Assembly (NCBI GenBank): GCA_964035545.1 | Contig: OZ037765.1 | Location: 21,451,504-21,515,503, forward strand | DNA length: 64,000 nt | From: Bugula neritina | Taxonomy: Eukaryota > Animalia > Bryozoa | Direction: 5' to 3' | Shown here: positions 26,778-36,991 of the stretch, piece by piece | How the letters are laid out: each line of letters opens with the position of its first letter | Numbering within the stretch: the stretch's first letter is position 1 | Made by a program: the position numbers and the translations under genes | The notes under the pieces: model-generated | Databases searched by the model: none | Told to the model about the DNA's origin: nothing | The model's input: the letters and a program-made list of their open reading frames with translations, nothing else

Positions 26778-29700
26778 TTATAAGAGTTGACAAGCCTGTG
26801 AAGTTTTCTGCTCTGTAGTGTCGCTAGCCACCTATAAAATATTCATGTTACACTACAGTTATCATGTAGTTTCTAATGGTTCGACGGTAGTTTCTATTGG
26901 TATGTTTATTGAAAGCACAACTCCAAACCATATCTGTTTCTTATTTCTTTCCTTGGACTTGTGAATATTTATTTCACTACTACAGATTGGCATTGCTTAT
27001 TATAACTTTGTCTAAATATAGACTTTAAATATAACACCCCAACTTTATAAGTTGCCAGCTGTCAATGTAAATCACATATAAAAAGGACTGTTAACAAAGT
27101 ACTTCATATGTATGTAAATTGTCTAGTGTGATACTGTAAGAACAGTATATATTTAAATTCTGAAATAAAATACCTGACTGAGAATTTTACATTGCTGGTT
27201 ATTATTTCTGTTTGGTGAGCTATCCTCGTCTTTTTGTGGTGAAAACTTTGGTACAGCTGCTTTAATCACATCAATAACATCAATAATGACTTCACACCCT
27301 TCTCCTCTAAAAGTAACATAGAAAAGTAAAATCTTATTATAAAAAATTACAGCAACAGCTAACTTCTTGCACTGAATTGAGATTACATTCTACAGACAAC
27401 AGCATTTTAAACAGATACAGAAAGTATGAAATTATTTAAGCGCAATCATTGTATAGAGGAGACAATTTCAAAATATACTTTATATTGAACATGGTCTAAC
27501 GTTGAATTATCATTTATTAAGATGTAAAGTCGCTACTTACTCGCTTTGACAGGCATAATGAATGATTCGATTACAAGCAGCTCTAACAAGTTTTAGTTGC
27601 AGTTTTATCCTATCACTTTCTCTCTGAAAGCCCCGCATCTTATGTTCATCAACACCATGTTGCAGTAAACTCTGAATCCTATTCTCAAAGGAAGCCTGTA
27701 CACTGATACACTGACGCATTGTCTTAGCATAGCTGGGATGGTTTTTCATCACTTCATCTGTCATTATTCAATAACATATTAAAGCCAGAAACGAGAATAA
27801 ATAACAAGGCTTGAACAAAAACGAGTGTCTAACAGTAATTTTGATGTGTAAAACTTGACTTTAGGTAAAAATGGCACGGGTGAAAATGGCACAGGCAAAA
27901 AGGGCACAAGTAAAATGGCACAGGTAATAATGGCACAAATAGAAAAGTAGGTAAAAATGGCACACCGATGTTAAATTTTCCCAAGTCCAAACCCCCAGCC
28001 CTTATACCCCAACCCTAAACTTAAACTCCCATCCCCAAACCTAAACCCCCATTTCAAACCCCCAACCACCTCCCCAACCTCTAATATTGAAAATGTGCCA
28101 TTTTTACCTACTTTGCCATTTGTGCCATTATTACCAGTGCCATTTTTACTGGTGCAATTTTTACTGGACACAGTAAAAGTTAATACTTAGTAATATTTTC
28201 ACCACAAAGTTACCAATTTCAGTTGCTTGCTTAGCCAAACTGACCAGGCCTGTATAAAGATATAATAACTTTACCCAATGTTGCAAGATGCCAGATAGTG
28301 TCAGTGAAGCATAACTCGTATGGCAGCAGTTGGCAGTATATGTAGCGATGTTCCATCTCCCCTTCAAAGAGATCATTCAGCAAAATAGGATACATTCTCA
28401 CTCTTGAATCTACACCAAATACCGTAAATATACATATATATAGCTGAGCATTATTTAAACTTGATTACGAAAGTCACCTCCCCACTTTAAAACTACAAAC
28501 ATCAATGATGATGTCTACGGCTTCTTACCTAACCTCTGTCTATTGATAGCCACATGTAATAACTCAATAAGATCAGCATCCTTCACAAAATGTGATGACA
28601 TCAAAACCACAATCAAATCAGCTTCATCCAATCTCTTCAGTACAACTGCGGCATCTTCAAACTCAATGTTAATTCCAACTTTAAATTCTATCAAAAATTT
28701 CACATATTTCGTTATGCAATAATTTACAATCCAGAACTATTTTCTTTTCTAATTCAGCAAGCAAGTTTAACTTTATTAATGAGTTTATATGAATAAACCA
28801 TAATACTGACAACACCTCAGCATAAAATACTATATCCAAAATTAGTTTGAAAATTTAGATTACCATATCAAATTACTTTATGCCTATAACCAAACGTGGT
28901 ACGCATACAACATGTATAAGAAAAATGTTTCGGTCACTGAAAAAAGATCAATACCAAAATAAACTTGTGAATATATAGATATTATGCATAATGCATGAGC
29001 AACTCATTTAAAATAGTACTAACGGAAGCTAGCAGCCAGTTTTGTCTTTATTTCTAGCCCGATGTCAGAATCAAATTTGTTGGAAGCACATAAGATTTGT
29101 ATGCATTTGTTAGCGGTTTTCCGTAGATTTATGTTATTCTCTTTCTGGATCAAATCAACTAGCCTGGCATTTCTGTTGTCAGCTAATAAAGTGGGTAAGT
29201 CATAGACTGTCTGTAATAGAATCAACAAAGATAAAGCAGGAGAAAATAATTTTATTCTACTTGTCAAAAAACATGTGAAGGGGCGGAAACACTCAGCAAA
29301 AGTTGCTATGGTTCCAACAAGTTGTTTGAGAATATAATTTCTATTGAAGAAGTAATTTTAGACTTGTAATGAATTATATTAAATTTCATTTCACAAACTG
29401 TGAATAATATCCAGCAGAGCCGAAAAAATAAATGAATTCACTAATTTTATTTAATCCCTGTGTGTATGTGTGCGTGTGTGCTCATGTGTGTGTGCGTGTA
29501 TCTATACACATGCACATATACCCAGTACCCACACACACACACAGACCCACATAGGTAGATGATTATAGACAATTAGGTGACGAGGAATAAAATAAACCTA
29601 CAAATTTATCACCAAATCTTCAACGCATTTTTCAACTTGTTGAGTAGTTACATGATGAAACTTTGCTCAAACCCTACAAAAAGCTTGAGAGTCTCACAAT

Positions 29701-32700
29701 ACACAATATTTTCTAACTTTGTCTTTGCAAATTATATGGCTGTCTGTTGCTCCAACTGTCAAAAAGGTTTTTATTACAGGTGCCAACAGGTGCTCTACAT
29801 ATGATCTAACATCCTGGTTTCCAAGAACACAATTGTTGACAGATAAATATCTATCATCAACATCAGTGAGCTCTTCTATTTGCAGTGGAATGAGATGGAA
29901 ATCTGACTACAAGCGTATATACACAAACGGTAAATAAATTATTAAATAAATAATAAACCAATAAAGAGATCTTCTAAAGACTAATAAATTACCAAATGAG
30001 ATAAAGTTTCAAAAAGTTCTACTGACGGATAAAGCACGCATATAATATATACATTTTAGATGGCTGTAACAATAGTATGCAGTTTATAATATTAACATGT
30101 TAAATACAAGCATTACCTTGTCATATATCTTTTGTCTCATATTTTCATGGAAGATTAATACATAAGTGCAAACACAACACAATAGGTCTTCTAGCATTGA
30201 TAATACTTACATCTGTGAAATGCCGAGCTAAAGACAGTCTAAACTCCTCATTGCACATCTTAGAGTCGAAATAAGACTGAGAGAGTAAAGCAAGAGTCAT
30301 GTGACTAGATTCTACAGCATGGTACAATTTCTGTTGCCATGATCCACCTGTCATGTGAAAAGAACAGCACATTATGCAAAGAACTATTTTATTAGATAAG
30401 TTGGTATAACGATTGAATATATTAGAAGCGTATATTACACACTTCATTACACACAGCTTTGCTATTGCCAGTAAAGCAATGGAATACATGAGACATATTT
30501 TGCTAAGCTGAAGCAGCCAATTGTGTGCCACTAAATGAGTAAAATTTTCTCTATACCTGTATGAAGTTGCTGCCGGTCTATAAACAGCTTAATATCTGGC
30601 ATTTTACATTCCAAGACTTCTTTGATGATTTTGCAAGTCTCCTCATTAGCATGAGCATAAGAAATGAAGATATCATAGTCATAGTTGCAATCTGACGCCT
30701 TCTGGACAGAACCTCTAAATAATTTTCAGAAGTCATAAAAACTTTATATAAATTGATAGCACTGCTTTGACTTTTGAGTTAATATAATTAAATTGCTGAC
30801 AAAAAGGGCTCTCATAAGAGACACATGGCAGTGTATTGAAATATAAATCTATAATTACTCACACAACAGCAGGGGTTGGTAGGGACTTCTTAGCACTAGA
30901 AGCATCATTTTCCAGTACTTCCTGTTTGTATGTAACTACATACAGCGTGATATTTTGTAACGGCTTTTCTTTGTTTTCATTCTGCATTCTAATATCAACC
31001 CATTGTATGAGAGACATATAAGTGGGAAGATTAGATATTCCTTCACACAACATTGGAGCGAGTCTGGTAAAGGAAGTAGTCTGTCTGTTCAGACACCATG
31101 CAGCATTGTATTCCTCAACTCTATCGTCATCTTCCAGGTAGGCAGGACTGAGGAAAGTTATCACCCTGAAATATTTCAAATATATTATAAGCTATTTGAG
31201 TTCAATCTCTGGAGGGTAAAAAAACAGTCAAACTAAACAGATAAAATCGCCAGAAATTATCTAACGTTAACTATTAAATAGAACTATATAATGTGTGTAA
31301 TAAACAGCATTAACATTAAATAGTCATGGGTATAAAGTCATCCGGTATAATAGTCCTCATTTTATAGAAATTTTATGAGTCTGAGATCGAATAAAACAAT
31401 TGTAAACATTAGATTGACATGAGTTCAATATCATTAGATATTCGTCACTATAATACAAACCTATAAACACTTAGCATTCAGCTGACAACAGAGAGTCCTT
31501 AAGCATTACATCATACACACTCTAACCTGGCACAAGATTTCATAATCTGAAAGATTCTCTCTTCATCTGTCAAACTAGAACCTGATTCTACATTTTCCAT
31601 CATGTTGTTCGAAGTACAGAAAGTTAAAGATTTATTGTGTTGTAGAAACATCCGTTTAACTAGATTCACACTCTCTTCATTTTCAGAAACATAAGATAAG
31701 TAGAAATCATACTTCAAGATGGTTGAGGAGGCTAAGCCAGGCCCATAAACTGCAAAGTCAGAATTTTAAAGGTTATCGTATTTATAATTAGACATATTTA
31801 ATCAAGTATACAGCTAAACTAGATTTGGTTATTGAAAATTTATCAAATGTTTTTAAATATTGTGTCAATTTAAATTACAAAAATGAAGAACACTTGGAAG
31901 TTGCAACATGATAAGAATGCAATACTAAGCAATATATAAACAATGAGAATAGTCCATAGTTACATATCACAGCCTAGTCAGAGATTATAGCAGACAAGCA
32001 TGATCAAGGTCTACACCCTACATACATGCAAAGTGATTATACACCGTAGACTAAAAATGCTGAAAATTAGCTGAAAGATGTTAAGCAAAAGAAACATTTT
32101 TGTATGTCAAACAAAATCTGTCAATATAATGACTACATTAACAGGACAAGTTTTTCTTTCTTTAAATTTCTGTTCAAGTAATTTATTTAATCTATGGTGT
32201 TTATAGTTTATAATAGATGCTGCATAACCTGCCAAATATGCAACACTATTCTGTCCAATAAAGGCCCTATAGTGCTCAAGCAATGTTATTTTGTGTGTTT
32301 TACAGAAAAATATATGAAATATCTGCTGGTCAATCTTGAAAAAAAATTTGAAAGAAACCAGGCTCGAAGTTCTTCTTCTCAGTCAGCCTAAGAAGAAAAA
32401 GAAAGAAATGACTCAATAGCAAATATTACTAAGATAGTTTATTCTATCAAAAATACCATCAGAATGCTTGGCTTTCAACTTCGCAAAATGTGTGAGTGTT
32501 TCCTCATTGCTTATGTAAATAACTAGCTTATATGTAGAGATGTTGAGTCCATTCTTCATCCAGGTAGCAGCATTGTTCACAATAGCATGCAACATGGCCT
32601 CTTCACTGTGACCCTGTAACACAGGACATTCCGTGTCAAGGTCAACCACAGTTACTAGATAGGTGTCTAGTTTTACGCAATGAAATGCAAACACAGCAAG

Positions 32701-33846
32701 CATATAACATATATTAGATTACATGTATGTATATCTAAAATCTGACATCATTATAATCATGCTACATAATAAAATCAATCATAACTTTATTATTTAATCC
32801 AGCATTGTTATAAACATTCTATTTGCTACTAGCTGTATTAATTATTTATTATTGTTCATTATTAGGTAAAATAAAATCAAATGACGATAAATGATAGATT
32901 TACCTACATTGAAATATGCACAATAATTATTTTGATTTTCAGGCCACCAGTTCGTCAAACTGCCCCCTGAAAGTTTTTGTATTCAAAACATAGTAAATGC
33001 ACGGTTGTTTCTATACTATATATGAACTATAGAAACATGTAAGACAGCTATGCTTATACATATTATGGAGATGCATGATAAATGTTTCAGCTCAAACTAA
33101 AACTAACCTGGTTGCCAGTGCTGAGCAGCGATGACATAACTACACCATTTACAAACAATCCAGTGGCAGGCACAAGTGCTCTAAACACCTCCTTCACAGC
33201 TCTTTGAGGAGTTATGCCCTTTCGTGATCTGTTAGTTTCAAAACATAGAATCCTCCTATACAAAAAATAGTTTAGTATAATACATTTATCAATTATGATA
33301 AAATAAAATATCTTAGCAAAAACTTTCAATACCATTATAATTAATACCTATAAGGAAGATTCTCATGCAGTGGCTTTGACCACCAGCAGTGAAAAAGATC
33401 TCTTAGATCTTCTTCTTTATCTTCAGCAAGATCTTTAACACTCAAAGACAGTTGTCGAAACAAGGCTCCGATTAAACAGGTGCGTGTTGGAACATAATTT
33501 CCTACATTTTAAAAAGCCATATAATGCCGAGTAGAACAATGATGACAGCAATAGTAGAACAACAACTATTGGCAGCAATAAAAATTGAATCACTTTAAAA
33601 ACTATAAGGTGGTTCCACTCTACTACAAACTAAGCATGAAATTGGTGATACAGCAACATATGCTGTTAATGAATTATAAGTATATAGCCAATGTACTGTT
33701 AAAATTTTACCTCTGAAAGCAGATAGAAGCAACAAATCAACTTTGTCAGTTGCTGGAAGAAGAGTTATATCTCCAAACCATAATTCAATAGCTTTAGGTC
33801 CGGTTTCAGTATGAAACTCTATTTTATCCATCAACCGGAGAGACAT
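26778..33846 (-). CDS. Macro-domain + multi-TIR protein with C-terminal CaaX motif (~826 aa, 15 exons)
   Basis: Phase-consistent GT-AG model: 33846-33711, 33501-33348, 33255-33108, 32613-32457, 31749-31527, 31165-30863, 30714-30557, 30347-30211, 29906-29718, 29210-29024, 28678-28529, 28409-28275, 27757-27541, 27306-27174, 26831-26778 (2481 nt). Macro: 'IELWFGDIT..VDLLLLSAF..SSLLSTGNQ'. TIR1: 'YDFYLSY..VITFLSPAYLEDDDRVEEY'. TIR2: 'YDIFISYAH..LFIDRQQLHTGGSWQQKLYHAVESS..LLSQSYFDSKMCNEEF'. TIR3-like: 'LDEADLIVVLMSSHFV..MYPILL'. The protein ends 'KTSQACQLL*'. The exon 9/10 junction is the least certain. Confidence 0.85.
27863..28171. mobile_element. Foldback-like non-autonomous repeat (copy 1), in intron 12 of the Macro-TIR gene
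   Basis: The left arm is tandem ~14-15 nt AAAAATGGCACAGGT-like units, the right arm is their reverse complements (GTGCCATTTTTACT), and the centre is an AAACCCC/CCTAAAC tract. It ends in GGACAC, like the copy at ~62741-63028. Confidence 0.75.
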
Positions 33847-34186
33847 ACTTGAATTTGATGCTAATATGCAATAGTAATAGCATTACTAATAGAGTAATAC
33901 TAGTGTAGTACTAGTAGTAGTAGTGAGTACTGAGAGTGAGAGTGAGTAGCGAGACCGAGTAAAAGACAGAATTAGAAATGTTTTACTGTTAGGCTCTACA
34001 TGGTTCCAGAACTAGGGAAAATTTATGCACTGCAATTAAAAGTTTAACATTATCTTATAATAATAGACTCCAAACATACATTCATTCATTAATCATCAAT
34101 TACATTACATATTATGTTGTTGGTTCAATTTGTTAGTAAGCAACAGTATCGCTGATACTCATAGTGACGAGTGTGAAGAATTGCTT

Positions 34187-34311
34187 TATAAGCAGCTCCG
34201 AGTTGGGGGGTAATGGAGTGCAGTAGTTTGAAATCTCCGAGTAATTGAAATCCCCAACTCTAAAATTTTAAAATAATGCACTCAGTCACTCTCAACTCAG
34301 AGCTGCTTATA
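34187..34311. mobile_element. Small MITE-like palindromic element upstream of the Macro-TIR gene
   Basis: ~35-bp imperfect TIRs: TATAAGCAGCTCCGAGTTGGGGGGTAATGGAGTGCA and TGCACTCAGTCACTCTCAACTCAGAGCTGCTTATA. Confidence 0.65.
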
Positions 34312-36991
34312 GTGTAATTAAAATGTAAATGACCTAGCCCGTTACTTGCAGAATATCCTCATTTTAAGAGGTAGACAACTCTATAATATGTAGCTTATTT
34401 CCTAGGGCTCGATTTTTGTGCGCTCAGTTTTTTACCTAATACGTGAGCTAATCAACTAAACTGCAAGTACAGTAGATTATCCTGTTAGTAATTAGTGTGC
34501 CGATATAATATAACAATATTTTTTACTCATATTGATTTTTTTCCAAATGTTTGTTAGTTTTATAGCTGTATTTTGAGTATATATTTGTCGCTAGATGATT
34601 GTCCCTGTAATATTAGATTATTTATTTATTATTTTTGCAATGTCTTTGTGCTGAAGTAAATCTTACGGATATGAGTTGCCCAGTAATAAATAACGCCACA
34701 AGTAAAAAGAGCGATCGGCGGTATACTCGTATAGTAAATGTAATAGTCATTGAAATACCATATCCATTCATTCATCATTGACTTTGAGTGATTGCATAAC
34801 GATAATGTAGTCACAGTGTCAAAAATATTTATTCTAACATTTTATTCTTCTTTGATATTAGATTTTAGTTTGATATAATTAAAGCTATATTTATAATTAT
34901 AAGTCTTACAAGACCAAGTTGAAGTTGCAATAACTATAAGTATAAGTATAACATTAACTCTATAACTATAAGTATAAGTGAATATGAATATCAATATGAA
35001 TATCATTATCATTATGAATTATGAATATGATCATCAATATGAAAATGAATATAAAATTCAAATTGTAAAATTAAGTGTAATTTAAATTAATATTAAGTTT
35101 AATAACAATATAATTTTATAGTATTAGTAGTATTACTATAACTATTACTATTAGTATTACTACTAGTAATTCAATGCTATTGTAATTATTATCATTATGT
35201 ATTATTATTAAAATTAAATTCAATATTGTAATTATTATTATTGCTAAGTAGCAGTACTGCTACTTTTAGTTTTTGACTATCAGTACCACAGTTGTACAGG
35301 TACTTATAGTTATTGTGTGGTGTCAGTATCAGTATGGGTATCACTAGACCTAGTACTATAAATATTTTGATTTTCATTTAAAATCTCAAAGTCAAACTTA
35401 AATTGAGTAAATTGCTGACATTCCTATGATCAATGATCATCATCATCATGATCATCATGATGTTAATAAGTATTAGTATGATTAGTTCGAATTATCACAG
35501 ACTCAGAGTAGTATTAATATATTTTAATTTTAAAGTAGCTAAATTTCAATTTAATTAATAAAATCAATAGCGAAATTAAATGTTAGTAATCATAATCATG
35601 ATGCTGAATTATTAAAACCTATCTCTTGATGTATTGGTTGATAGTTGCCAAAATGCATTTAAAATGAATTGAATAATATTGTGGAACAGGTGGTGAAGGG
35701 TTAAAACAATACACTAGTTTTATGAAAAGTTATCTTTTTCTTATTCATTAATTAATTTAATTTTAGTAATCTTCTTATTGGGATTTCAACCGTCTTAAAA
35801 GACACGTTTCACTTCATTAAACTGTAAACTGCAATTAACAAAACAGGTTGTTTCTGAAATATTGTGTTGTCATAATACATGTTGACCTATTTCTTTGCTG
35901 AGAAGTAATGAAGTAAAGTTTAAACATATAGAACAAATGCTGATGGAAAGTGATAGAAAGTTTATTGTTCACATTTATAATATTACATGGAAGCTATCAA
36001 TCATATAGTGGTTCACAGCTGTATGATGATACATAAATATGTGCTAAACAATCCATTACTGTGCAAAAAGTTCTTTCTTAGATGTTTAAATTTTGGTTTG
36101 TTTTGAATCAAGATGTTTATTTTATATTCAATGATAGATCTTTTTTCATCTTTTGCAATTGCATGTTAGAACTCAGTTTTTGCCTGCTATAGTGGACTGT
36201 AAAAATAAAGCGTAATGATGGCAATGGCTAAGTGGCACTGTTGAAAGTAATTTGAACCAAACAGAACAAATCTGGGACATCTGAAAATATAACTATAATT
36301 GTGAAACCTGAATAGTTGTCAAGTAATTACTCCGTGTCCATTTAAAGTTAAATTGGTGTTATAGCTAAGTCAATTACTTCCACTTGTAAGTGTTTTTTAA
36401 TAACTTAGAATTAAGTAAAGTAACTGCATTAAGATTTATTTTTCTTGATATTTTCACTGAAATATCTGATATTTTACTCACTAGTCACAAAATTATTTGT
36501 TTATTGGAATGAGGATATTGCAGCTTGTTGAGTTTAAGTTATAATGTATTTCATCTACGTCTTCAAAATTAACTAATTTGTTCTTATGACTATTACCAAT
36601 ACACTGAGGCCATAAGTATTGATATATTATAGAAGAATCTAGTTGCCATATGCTCTTGTTATTTGTTACCAAAGTTACCGACTTTGACCAGTAGTGGCTG
36701 GCAGGTTGATATCAATTTGGTAATATTTTCCTTTGCTATTTGTTTTTAGTATTTTATTTTGATAAATTTACTGCACCCAAATCAATTTGAATTTGATTTT
36801 TCATACTAACATCTTTTCACTAAATTTTATTTGTCAAAATTTTAGCCGTCCACTAATATGTGATATTTTGAGTATTGCCTTTATTTCTATATAATTTTTA
36901 AACTATTTTTATGGTATGCATAGCTGGTAAACAAATTAAATTTACAATTATTGTGTTTATTTTATTTATTTTAAAGTCTTATTTTAAAAAA

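Noticed and set aside
29596-29717. Stop codons here as evidence that the Macro-TIR gene is a pseudogene
   Set aside because: All frames are closed, but a phase 0 donor at 29718 joins the phase 0 acceptor at 29210 and skips the region; it is treated as intron pending RNA data.
26778-33846. Bacterial contamination or recent horizontal transfer of the Macro-TIR gene
   Set aside because: It has fourteen spliceosomal introns, host-like base composition and conserved animal genes on both sides, so any transfer would be ancient.
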